A stretch of 64,000 nt of DNA from assembly GCA_965242865.1 (NCBI GenBank), contig CBDETK010000013.1:704001-768000 (forward strand), written 5' to 3'. The notes beneath the pieces are model-generated. The model saw only the letters and a program-made list of their open reading frames with translations. It did no database searches and was not told the origin of the DNA. The position numbers and the translations under genes were made by a program. The DNA is from Candidatus Latescibacterota bacterium. Its GTDB lineage: Bacteria > Latescibacterota > UBA2968 > UBA8231. Position 1 is the first letter of the stretch, and every line of letters starts with the position of its first letter. Positions 42,301-49,984 of the stretch are shown here, in pieces.

Positions 42301-45163
42301 TGAGTTGAAGACGCCGACGCCGCAGGGGACGAACCCGTCGCGGACGCTGCACTTCCGCAACAAGCCCAATTACGAGACCCAGGATGACTACCAAGTCAGC
42401 GTACAGGTCTCCGACGGGTCGCTATCGGACAGCCAGTCGGTCGCGGTGTCGGTCACCGATATAAATGACGCCCCGGTGCTGAAGGGTCCGGCGTCGGTGT
42501 CGATAGCCGAAAACAGCCCCCCATCCACGTCATTGGGCACGTACCCCGCCAGTGATGAGGATGGCGACGAACTGACTTGGAACTTGACGGGGACAGATGC
42601 CAATGCGTTTGAGTTGAAGACGCCGACGCCGCAGGGGACGAACCCGTCGCGGACGCTGCACTTGCGTAGCACGCCCAATTACGAGGTCAAGAATAGCTAC
42701 ACCGTCTGGGTGCAGGTCTCCGACGCGGCCCTCTCGGACAGCCTTATGGTGTCGGTGTCGGTCACCAATGCGGACGATGCGGGCAGCGTAACCCTGTCCA
42801 CGACCCAGCCCCAAGTCGGCCAGAAGATCATTGCGACGCTCACAGACGACGATGGGCGGGTCGTGGTGACTCGGTGGGCTTGGGAGCGGTTTCCCGAACC
42901 CTTTGGCGCGACGGGCGCGTCAGGGCTGGCCACGGACGAGTACACGCCGGTGGCCGGGGAGGTCGGCCAGTATGTGCGGGTAACGGCCTATTACAACGAT
43001 GGGCACGGGGAGAACAAGCAGGCGCAGAGCGCACAAACCGCGGCGATTGTGGGGGTGCCGGGGGCCCCGGGTCTGTCGGCGTCGGCCGGCGACGGGCAGG
43101 TGGGGCTTTCTTGGACTGCGCCGACGTCCGATGGGGGGTCGAAGCTTACCGGCTATGCGTATCGCTACAAGACCGCGTCGAGCACGTGGACCCAGGCACA
43201 GGCTTGGCCGACCACGGCGAGTCTGACTGCGACGACGACGAGCCAGACCATCCGCAGTTTGACCAATGGGACGCAGTACACCTTCCAAGTGCGGGCGTAC
43301 AACAAGGTGGGAGCGGGCTCCGTGGCGGCGCAGTCGGCCACGCCCCAGTCGAGCAACCGGCCCCCCTCGGTGTCGTGTACAGTGAACTCGGTGGCCGAAA
43401 ACAGCACCCAATCGGCGGGTTCCTGCACCGCCCGCGATGCGGATGGCGACGACCTGAGTTGGAGCGTGACGGGCACGGATGCCGATTCCTTTCGGTTGAC
43501 AGGGTCGGGTTCGTCGCGGACGCTCCGTTTCCGCAGTGCGCCCAATTACGAGGCCAAGGAGCGCTACCAAGTCAGCGTGCGCGTCTCCGACGGGTCGCTG
43601 TCGGCCAGCCAAGCCCTCACCGTGCCGGTCACCGATGTCAATGAAACCCCGGAGGTGTCGTGTTCGGCGAGTTCGGTGGCCGAGAACACCACCGGCACGG
43701 CGGGTTCCTGCACCGCCCGCGACCCGGAAGGCAACACGCTGAGTTGGAGCGTGACGGGCACGGATGCCGGTTCCTTCCAATTGACAGGTACGGGCACGTC
43801 GCGCACCCTCTACTTGGGGAGTAAAGCTAATTACGAGGCCAAGAGTCGCTATCAGGTCAGTGTGCGCGTCTCCGATGGGTCGCTGTCGGATAGCGAAGCA
43901 CTCACCGTGTCGATTACCAATGCGGAGGAGGCGGGTTCGGTGGCGCTGTCTCCGGCCGTGCCGCGGGTGGGCAGGCTACTGACCGCGACGCTTACCGACC
44001 CTGATGGGGTGACAGGGTCTCCGTTGTGGGCTTGGACGCCCCTCGGCCCATCCGGGGCCGACGACGACGATGCCGCCGAGCCTGCGGCGGTGTCTGGGGC
44101 CAATGGCTCCGCCACGAGCACCTACACCCCCACCACGGCCGGCGTTCGGATGCAGGCGACTGCGTTCTATACCGACGGCCATGGCCCCAACAAACGGGCG
44201 CACGGAACGTCGGGGGCTGCCATCGACAAACCGGGGCCGCCGGGGGCCCTGTCGGCGCGGCCGGGCAACATCTACACGCGCGTAGATTTGAGTTGGACCG
44301 AGGCGGCGGCCAATGGTTCACCGATTACGGACTATCAGTATCGCTATAAGCGGAACGGCACCAGCCGGTGGTCGGGTTGGTCGAGTGCAGGGACGGGAAC
44401 CAGCTACACGGTGTCCGGCCTCACGTCCAATACGGACTACAACTTTGAGGTGCGGGCGGTCAACGCGGTGGGGAGCGGGTCGGCCGCGTCGGCTACGGGT
44501 CGGTCGCGAGCTGAGGACGAGGAAGAAGAAACCGAGGACGAGGAGGAAGAAGAAACCGAGGACGAGGAAGAAACCGAGGACGAGGAAGAAGAAACCGAGG
44601 ACGAAGAAGAAACCGAGGACGAGGAAGAAACCGAGGACGAGGAAGAAACCGAGGACGAGGAAGAAGAAACCGAGGACGAAGAAGAAACCGAGGACGAGGA
44701 AGAAACCGAGGACGAAGAGCCGGCTGTGGAAGGACAGGCCGAAGGCGAACAGACCGAAGGCGAGGGCGAGCAGACCGAAGAAGGCGAAGACGAACAGATG
44801 GCGGAGGCCCCCGCCGAAGACGAACAGACCGAAGGCGAAGAAGAGCAGACCGAAGAAGCCCCCGCGGCCAAGGTCGCTTTGCCCGACGCAACTCTGGCCG
44901 CCCGAGCGGCCCCCAACCCATTTAATCCGACCACAACCCTACACGTCCAGCTACCCGCCAGCGGCCCCGTCCGGCTGACCCTATACAACGTCGCCGGGCA
45001 AGTCGTGCATACCTTGGTGGACACCGCGTTGGAAGCGGGCTATTATACCTTCTACTGGGATGGACGAGACCAACACGGACGCCCCGTAACGTCCGGCGTG
45101 TACCTGTATCGGCTGGTAGCGGGACCGCACGTCGTCGTGGGCAAAATGGCCCTGATCCGCTGA
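36350..45163 (+). CDS. Unit F intact 2937-aa secreted protein: TIM-barrel glycoside-hydrolase-like domain + beta-helix linker + cadherin/FN3/Ig stalk + acidic linker + FlgD-Ig/T9SS-type-A-like C-terminal domain
   Basis: Signal peptide (..GTVHSA). LIDGEPFFALGVY, GWNSLDEP, ADIISVDIYP, KPVYQVLQ, AIINGAAGLLWF are barrel-type motifs. C-terminal PNPFNPTT..LYNVAGQ..WDGRD..SGVYLYRL. ATG at 36359 is an alternative start. Confidence 0.9.
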   Translation: MITMNRAILKTTVLLALLLVGTVHSATITTSGRKVLIDGEPFFALGVYYQRVDTYNTSFTSWQTLADHRFNLLNLSDPFPITPIDSQTDPYAFSFRGFITADLPWMQNTHQSPQPPRPPQPPYNNPTNAQAIMQNAAAHGIYVIADQAPFTPDGARALNGTNLRTYGIDAMRNDVINATKRQEFINNLALPSPQGWSHFGIDHDNFFGWNSLDEPVWFWGPYEGTRYKGMPIPYNRNQNVVPMYNNLILDSYKKIKAVDSTHVVFMNFAYAHGSATSNRNTASWNADGELVVGGDNIVDNYVDDLTLYSGAADIISVDIYPIHSYGGQTLGTWPDRYCLFDDRSLSVIGKYQKLLNERVVTDKPVYQVLQAWTGRMRRPLTATEVRFQAYDAIINGAAGLLWFGWHVPEASSGHDDTWERTKVLVRNELSDPILYPVLSADTSPLHSSVSVNTPDIEFLLKEYNGQSYLFAANTSSTTTHSAVIFRGLCSQATSAEVLFESRMVTCRNGEIQDSFDLYQVHVYKLDNWSGTLAQNTTWSGTVRVSGDITVGSGTTLTLEQGTEVRFLANTDDTNGGDDTARSELIVEGTLNANAGTITFRSASASSSNTDWYGIRVVTGGRADVSNATIRDGMHCVQTHQLNSVTLTGLTCGNGASPVRFAENSTDAVATYQVPGASSVMWTLGGADETLFTINATGQLRFATPPNFEMPSGSGANRDNTYEVTVEGYAGEVYTLFPVVVQVLNVEEEGSVSLTGGRPEVGQVVVATLTDPDGVVGVPVWWWERGSSTTDTWTEIALAHAESYKPQRDDIGYQLRATAHYTDRHGSNKSASGATSASVVGRPSAPREFEAVPGAGAGEVVLRWQPPASDGGLPIDVYKVLYFSETQPNTDKAGFSAVSGGSSAQDTTIKGLTNGTRYVFRVVAHNEVGNGDRAEAKATPQVPCQLTGATDPTFAENATGAVGTYTASPGCDSALSWGLAGTDESFFRLAGEGTSRTLEFKDPPPNFEQPADAGKNNTYAVSVSIGDVSVPVIVSVTDANDAGVISLSTTAPRAEESLTATLSDEDGIAEPVHWTPHYESASDGDGVTEPASEATQTWTLTIPSSRVGQSLRLQADYTDSFGAASATSALTSPVRPASNRAPSVSGPASVDIAENSSSPWLLGTYIGRDPDGDDLTWSITGTDASAFELKEPASPGTEPSRELHLASAADYETQDSYDVWVKVSDAALSDSLRVSVSVVNQNEDGSVVLTGGLPPEVGTAVVAGLTDPDGQITGASWQWQRRLGATGAWEAIGSGVSGASSAVSGAASAYPELSSYTPVSGDVGWQLQATVRYRDGHDPNAERTAASAASAAVFGPPAASVTAGWGRIRVEWPAVASATSYDVQGQGKPFDRGPWPAAWSSLATNITALRYAHRGVSPDSLYRYQVRSRTDAAVSEWSDPLPDAAGVQPGVDAPTGFRAAAGAGQVTLRWTGPDHASITQWRYRDVTAEGADTDGDWQDATVSGSASTAWVATVEGLTAGQAYRFQVRAVNGAGGGRPSVVSNTVTPWLARPTGGSVSVQAGPALKVAWSAVASATGYEVEGQSKPYDGGSWPSAWTTQQANGAQPYVHRGVDADRRYRYRVRARVGETVSAWSDTLPGVAGVQPPPGAPTGLTATPGIRQATLTWTGPTHTSIREWQYKRGQILEPITAWGGWLSMGTAAMTRSFIVRHPLVDGGSYRFEVRARNGGGWSATTRTDTVTLPVDTKGSVALSTTTPRVGDDLTATLTDPDNPTDVGFTWSFSLPAGVSGANGADPPPSAVQSEPLRVSTVHLGLQIRARVSYADDYGRQQVQSPKTSAVVGPPWAPRTFTATAGDGQVALAWEVPLKIGGSAITSYQYRYKKTSGSWPESWTNAGTATSATVTDLTNDTPYSFAVRAVNGYGDGTVASASATPQPKNRAPDVSGPASVSVAENSPPSTSLGTYTARDPDGDELTWNLTGTDASTFELKTPTPQGTNPSRTLHFRNKPNYETQDDYQVSVQVSDGSLSDSQSVAVSVTDINDAPVLKGPASVSIAENSPPSTSLGTYPASDEDGDELTWNLTGTDANAFELKTPTPQGTNPSRTLHLRSTPNYEVKNSYTVWVQVSDAALSDSLMVSVSVTNADDAGSVTLSTTQPQVGQKIIATLTDDDGRVVVTRWAWERFPEPFGATGASGLATDEYTPVAGEVGQYVRVTAYYNDGHGENKQAQSAQTAAIVGVPGAPGLSASAGDGQVGLSWTAPTSDGGSKLTGYAYRYKTASSTWTQAQAWPTTASLTATTTSQTIRSLTNGTQYTFQVRAYNKVGAGSVAAQSATPQSSNRPPSVSCTVNSVAENSTQSAGSCTARDADGDDLSWSVTGTDADSFRLTGSGSSRTLRFRSAPNYEAKERYQVSVRVSDGSLSASQALTVPVTDVNETPEVSCSASSVAENTTGTAGSCTARDPEGNTLSWSVTGTDAGSFQLTGTGTSRTLYLGSKANYEAKSRYQVSVRVSDGSLSDSEALTVSITNAEEAGSVALSPAVPRVGRLLTATLTDPDGVTGSPLWAWTPLGPSGADDDDAAEPAAVSGANGSATSTYTPTTAGVRMQATAFYTDGHGPNKRAHGTSGAAIDKPGPPGALSARPGNIYTRVDLSWTEAAANGSPITDYQYRYKRNGTSRWSGWSSAGTGTSYTVSGLTSNTDYNFEVRAVNAVGSGSAASATGRSRAEDEEEETEDEEEEETEDEEETEDEEEETEDEEETEDEEETEDEEETEDEEEETEDEEETEDEEETEDEEPAVEGQAEGEQTEGEGEQTEEGEDEQMAEAPAEDEQTEGEEEQTEEAPAAKVALPDATLAARAAPNPFNPTTTLHVQLPASGPVRLTLYNVAGQVVHTLVDTALEAGYYTFYWDGRDQHGRPVTSGVYLYRLVAGPHVVVGKMALIR
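39158..42133 (+). repeat. Stalk repeat copy 5
   Basis: Near-identical to the other stalk copies; FN3 variant shared with copy 3. Confidence 0.9.
44513..44719 (+). repeat. Coding VNTR encoding acidic linker (different unit arrangement from 31953-32138)
   Basis: Tandem gaggacga(g/a)gaa(gaa)gaaacc units. Confidence 0.95.
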
Positions 45164-45321
45164 GGAAAGAGCATGAGGAGGACATACTTAATGCACATAC
45201 GCCACATCGCAACGAATCATACCCTTATGGCAATTGGAAGCCTTGGACTCCAGTGCGCGTTACCTGTGGAGTTCCAACGCGAGATGTACTCCGCGCTGCA
45301 TCCTCGCCCGGAGACGCCGTA

Positions 45322-47283
45322 ATGTGCCGGGGCATGGCTCGCCTTGCGGCTTTGGGATGCGCCCTGTGGTTGGGGCCGCCGTGGCTGGCGGCTGACGAAT
45401 GGGTGATCGGGGGGCATGGCTTGCCGTGGGGGGAGCTCGTTCAGGTGCGCGCCCAAATCGACGACCAGAGCAGTCCGGGCGCGATCCAGTTGCGCGGCTT
45501 TACGCCCGACGAGAACATCATCACCTCGCTGGCGTGGGCGTATGGCAAGCCCAACGACTTGGTCAGCGAAGGCCATGCCGCGCTGTGGGACAATACAGCG
45601 GCCAAGAATTCCCGGTCGCTGTCCATCGTCGATGGCGACGACACCACCAGCACCGCCGACCTGTTCAAAACGGCCGGCGTCGATCAAGACGGGCGCACGT
45701 TCTTTTTGGACCTGGGTTCGCGCGTGCCCGCCGACAGCTTGGTGTTCTTTCCGCGGCAAGAGGGGACGTATGCCAATGGCAAGCCCTTTAGCGCCGACTT
45801 TGTCCGCAAGCACCGGATTTCCGTCAGCGACGGGCTGACATATATCAACAAGCAGCCGCTGTTCACCTTGCTGCGCGACATTCCGGTCAACCCCAACAGC
45901 GTGTTCACCATGAAGTTCCCCCAGCAGTTCATTCGCTTTATTCAATTGCGCGTGGGGTCGCGCAGTCCCTTTGAGATCGCCGAATTTGAACTGTACGGCA
46001 ATGGGTTTGTGCCGCGGGCGACGTATCGCAGCCAAGTCATTGACTTGGGCGAGGTGTCCAACTACGGCACCATCTCTTGGGTGCAGCGCACGCTCGCCTT
46101 GGCCGATGGCGCGTTGGTTGCATTGTCCGAGCCGGGGCAGACCTCGGTGGCGGTGCGGATGAAGACCGGGCAAGACGACAGCCCGCGGGTTCACTTTCAG
46201 AAGGTGGTGGACAATGAAACGCGCGCGGTGAGCCAAGAGGTGGTCTCGGAAGCGGATTACAACAAGCTGCCTTCGGGACAGAAGGGCGACATTGAGGACG
46301 ACGCCGACAACTGGAGTCCGTGGTCGCTGCCGCTCGAATCTGGGCAGTTGATTCCGCTACCGAGCCCGCGGCCGTACTTTCAGTTGCAGATCGTCATGGA
46401 GAGCCAATCGGTGACGCAGACGGTGCGCATCGACTCGTTGCGGATTGAGCACTCGCTGCCTCCGGCCGCGGCGGTCGTCGGCGAGATTTCCTTGGCGGCC
46501 GAACCCAACCCACCGGCCGACATCGGCGTCATCGACAAAGACGATACCGTGGTGCTGCCGAGTATTGACGGGGGCGAAGAGGTGCTCTTTGCCTACGACG
46601 TGCGCGCCGTGATCAACGCCAACCAAAACGGCTTTGACGCCTTGCGCATCGACACGCCGACGCCGGTGCGCTTTGTCGGCTTGCAGATGGGCGAGCCGCT
46701 CGCGCCGGTGGAGCCGGATCGCGTGCTCGCAGGCGACCGCAGCCTCGAAGTGGTGTTCACCAGCCACAAGATAACCTTTGCCAACAACGTGCCGCTGCGC
46801 GTGCTCTTTGAGGGGTCGGCCGTGGTGTTCGGCACGATTTTTACCGGCACGGTGTGGGACACGCAGGCCGATATCCTCGGCCAGCCCGTGCTCGAAGGCG
46901 ATGCCAATTTCGACGTCAGCACCAACTCGCTGCGCGTGGCCCTAACCCAGAAGTCCGTGGGCGAAATCGTCCGCGCCATAGCGTTTAGCCCCTCGGTCTT
47001 TACCCCGAATGGCGATGGCGTCAACGACCGCATCGCCATCCAATACACCGTAATCCAGATTTCCGAGCCCAAGCCCATTGCGGTGGCCGTGTACGACTTA
47101 GCCGGGCGGTTGGTGCGCGTCTTGGCCGACCGCGAGCAGACCGGCGGGATTTACACCGAGCGGTGGGATGGGCGCAACGATAGCGGCGAGGCCGTGCCCC
47201 CGGGCACGTACGTGGTCTCGCTCGCCGTGGACAGTGGAATCGGCAACTTCAGGCGGGTCGGCGTCGTGGGCGTGGCCTATTGA
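45322..47283 (+). CDS. Secreted protein with C-terminal FTPNGDGVND / FlgD-Ig domain
   Basis: Start chosen from the ggaga RBS (ORF track begins 45253). Signal peptide. Paralogous to 58691 and 60748; ends VGVAY. Confidence 0.85.
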   Translation: MCRGMARLAALGCALWLGPPWLAADEWVIGGHGLPWGELVQVRAQIDDQSSPGAIQLRGFTPDENIITSLAWAYGKPNDLVSEGHAALWDNTAAKNSRSLSIVDGDDTTSTADLFKTAGVDQDGRTFFLDLGSRVPADSLVFFPRQEGTYANGKPFSADFVRKHRISVSDGLTYINKQPLFTLLRDIPVNPNSVFTMKFPQQFIRFIQLRVGSRSPFEIAEFELYGNGFVPRATYRSQVIDLGEVSNYGTISWVQRTLALADGALVALSEPGQTSVAVRMKTGQDDSPRVHFQKVVDNETRAVSQEVVSEADYNKLPSGQKGDIEDDADNWSPWSLPLESGQLIPLPSPRPYFQLQIVMESQSVTQTVRIDSLRIEHSLPPAAAVVGEISLAAEPNPPADIGVIDKDDTVVLPSIDGGEEVLFAYDVRAVINANQNGFDALRIDTPTPVRFVGLQMGEPLAPVEPDRVLAGDRSLEVVFTSHKITFANNVPLRVLFEGSAVVFGTIFTGTVWDTQADILGQPVLEGDANFDVSTNSLRVALTQKSVGEIVRAIAFSPSVFTPNGDGVNDRIAIQYTVIQISEPKPIAVAVYDLAGRLVRVLADREQTGGIYTERWDGRNDSGEAVPPGTYVVSLAVDSGIGNFRRVGVVGVAY

Positions 47284-47324
47284 TGAGCCGACCAACAGAC
47301 AGATTCAACAGGGAGGTTTTTAGC

Positions 47325-49961
47325 GTGAGACACGTTTTCTACTTAGCAGTGGCCGGCGTCGTGCTTTTGGGCGATGCGGCCCTTGCCCAGCGGGTCGGCT
47401 TTCTCACCGGGCGCGAGCCGCGCGGCGTGGATGTCTATGAGATGGCCATGACGCCGGCGCAACGGAAATGGCAGTATCCGCAAAGTCTGTACCAATTTTA
47501 CCGCTGGACCGGCGAGGAATACAGCAACTACGCCCGCGAAAACTACGAGCGGTACGTGGGGACTGAGCTGGAGGGATTTCGCACGTACGATCTGTACGGC
47601 AACTACATCACGCGCGGCTTTGAGGTGTACACTTGGGCGATCGACAGCCCGGTGACCTCCGGCAGCGAGGTGCGCAAAGGGCGCTACTACTCGGGGTGGT
47701 TCAGCGGCCTGATCGTCTCGTCCATGTCCAAGGGGCAGTTCTACTCGTCGATGACCATTGGCGAGGCCCTGCGCACCACCCTGACGCCCCTGACCTTCTC
47801 CAAGCCCACCTTCAACGGGGTGCAGTGGGACTTTGCCGCCGACAAGTACCAGATGACCCTGTTGGCGTCGCGCTTGGCCTCCCCGGGCACGGCCGTGGCC
47901 CTTGAAAACTCGCTCGGCCAGATTTTGGGCGACATGACCAATCTCTTCGGCGCCCACACCAAGGTCCAGCTCGGGGATTTTTCCAAGCTGGGCTTTACCT
48001 ATCTGAACATTGCCAACTTTTCCACCGGTCGTAAGCTGGGCGACAACTCGCTCAAAGGCGTGTTGACCGAGGCCCAAAACGGCGGCAATGTCGAGACGAT
48101 CGTCCTGCGGCTGTCCGACGATTCGCCCGAAGACGGCGTCGGCGGTGCCCAGCTTTTTGCCGAGCGCATCATCATCAATGGGGTCAATCACCCCGAGATC
48201 GTCCCCTCGCCGCGCGGCGGGGTGCGGCGCGCTGGCGTGATCGAGGCCAATGGGGCCGAAACGCTGGAGCTGACCTACAACATCGCCCGCGACTTCCGCC
48301 AGCAGCCCGACGACGAAATCACCACGTTTCAGGAGATCCGCGACATCGAGTTCGAGCTGGTCATTGCCAACGACTACCGCATTGAGAGCACCTCCAACCT
48401 GCAAGTCAACGCCCAAGGCGAGCCGGTGTTTTTGGAGGTCGAGCGCGCCCACGGCAACGTCAGCGACGGGTCCAACCAGCGCTTCATCCGCTTTGAATAC
48501 GGGCTGCCCACCGGCAAGGACATCATTGGCCTCAACTTTGACGTCGACGATGTCAAGGGCTTTAATCTGCGCTCGGAGATCGCCCTCAGCCGGGCGTTTC
48601 GCCGCTTTCCCAACCAGAACTTCCAAGAACACACCCTCACCCAAGACAATGGCTTGGCGTACTACCTCACGGCCTCGCAGGATGCGTATCCGTTCTTTGC
48701 GTACGGAGAGTTTTACCGCCTAGAGCCGGAGTACCAGACCAATGCGTTTATCACGGATGCGCGGGGGTTTATCGACTACGAACACCCCGAGCGCCACACC
48801 TTTGAGCTGGTGGATGACAACGACGATCAAGACCGCTTTCCCGACTGGAAGCGCCTGTGGCAAAACGGCGACAATGCGTTTGGCCAAACGCCCTTTGGCA
48901 CCGGCGGCCAAGCCGACCCGCAAGTCTTTCCCGGGTACGACGAAAACGCGGACTTCATCTCGGACTTCAACCAAAACGACAACGCGCAGCCGGATTTTGC
49001 CGAGCCGTTTTTGCGCTACAACGTCGATCCGCCCGAGTTCCTCTTTGGCGTGGATATGAACAACAACGACGTCATCGACCGCTTTGAGAACGACACCTTT
49101 GCCGACTATCCCTACCGGCACGACCGCGACGGGTACAACGTGTACGGCGGGGCGTACCTGACCGAAGGTATTAAGCTGACGGTCGGGTACTCATCGGCCG
49201 ACGAAATAAGCTCCAAGCGCCGCGCCCAGATGAGCTATGCGGTGCTCACCGGCCAGTGGAAATGGCCGGGCATTGAGGCCCAAGCGTTCCAATACGTCCG
49301 CTCGGTGCGAGACGACATTGAAGACGACGTGATCGAGTGGGTCGATCCCGACGGCTTTCGCGAAAGCCTGGACCCGCTCATCGCCCAAGACACCTTTGTC
49401 TGGACCGGCTACCTGACGTTCGATTACCTGCGCCTCAAAAACCTGAACATCTACAACAAGGTGAAGTACGATTGGTTCCGGCAGCGCGGCGATCAGGGTC
49501 AGCCCGAGTTCGGAAACAAAGACAATCGCCTCTTTTTGGGGGTGATCAACAAGGTGGATTATCCGCTGCCGATTACGGACAACCTGTCGTTCTGGCCGCG
49601 CTACAAGAGCGTCTTCCGCAAGATCAACCCGACCTTTAGCACGGACCTCGACATCACTGAGTGGTCGCAGTTTTACATGCTGACCTCCAAGTACTTCGTC
49701 CTGCCCGGGACCTTTATCGAGTACGGCGTGGAGTTCAACCTCTTCCGCAACCTCGAAGAGCGCCCGGAGATTTTGCCGCCCGGGTACGTGGATGACTTCA
49801 CGGGTTCGGTGCTGGCCTTGCAGCTTTCCAACAAGTCGGCGTACCTCGGCTACGCGCTGACCATGAATACGGGCTTTCGCTGGGAGCGCCGGGCCTTTGC
49901 CGAAGCAACCGAAACCAACTCCCTGCTCTTCATTCGGGTCTTCGTGGGGCTCCAAGAGTAA
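47325..49961 (+). CDS. Large exported protein, putative outer-membrane beta-barrel with Asp-rich Ca-binding-like loops
   Basis: ggagg RBS before GTG 47325; signal peptide ending ALA-Q; alternating aromatic/hydrophobic strands in the C-terminal part; DDNDDQD, DFNQND and DMNNND motifs. The fold is inferred. Confidence 0.7.
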   Translation: MRHVFYLAVAGVVLLGDAALAQRVGFLTGREPRGVDVYEMAMTPAQRKWQYPQSLYQFYRWTGEEYSNYARENYERYVGTELEGFRTYDLYGNYITRGFEVYTWAIDSPVTSGSEVRKGRYYSGWFSGLIVSSMSKGQFYSSMTIGEALRTTLTPLTFSKPTFNGVQWDFAADKYQMTLLASRLASPGTAVALENSLGQILGDMTNLFGAHTKVQLGDFSKLGFTYLNIANFSTGRKLGDNSLKGVLTEAQNGGNVETIVLRLSDDSPEDGVGGAQLFAERIIINGVNHPEIVPSPRGGVRRAGVIEANGAETLELTYNIARDFRQQPDDEITTFQEIRDIEFELVIANDYRIESTSNLQVNAQGEPVFLEVERAHGNVSDGSNQRFIRFEYGLPTGKDIIGLNFDVDDVKGFNLRSEIALSRAFRRFPNQNFQEHTLTQDNGLAYYLTASQDAYPFFAYGEFYRLEPEYQTNAFITDARGFIDYEHPERHTFELVDDNDDQDRFPDWKRLWQNGDNAFGQTPFGTGGQADPQVFPGYDENADFISDFNQNDNAQPDFAEPFLRYNVDPPEFLFGVDMNNNDVIDRFENDTFADYPYRHDRDGYNVYGGAYLTEGIKLTVGYSSADEISSKRRAQMSYAVLTGQWKWPGIEAQAFQYVRSVRDDIEDDVIEWVDPDGFRESLDPLIAQDTFVWTGYLTFDYLRLKNLNIYNKVKYDWFRQRGDQGQPEFGNKDNRLFLGVINKVDYPLPITDNLSFWPRYKSVFRKINPTFSTDLDITEWSQFYMLTSKYFVLPGTFIEYGVEFNLFRNLEERPEILPPGYVDDFTGSVLALQLSNKSAYLGYALTMNTGFRWERRAFAEATETNSLLFIRVFVGLQE

Positions 49962-49984
49962 GGATCGGCGGTACGCTAGCGGAG

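Larger units (their letters stand above)
21183..46798 (+). repeat. Large tandem amplification: copies 21183-34090 and 34091-46617, plus a third copy of the 181-bp segment at 46618-46798
   Basis: Same gene order and very similar DNA in both copies (beta-helix array, giant gene, intergenic region, 5' part of the next gene). The identical novel joint gccgctgc|atatccctgctcag occurs at 21363/21364 and 34271/34272. Confidence 0.9.
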
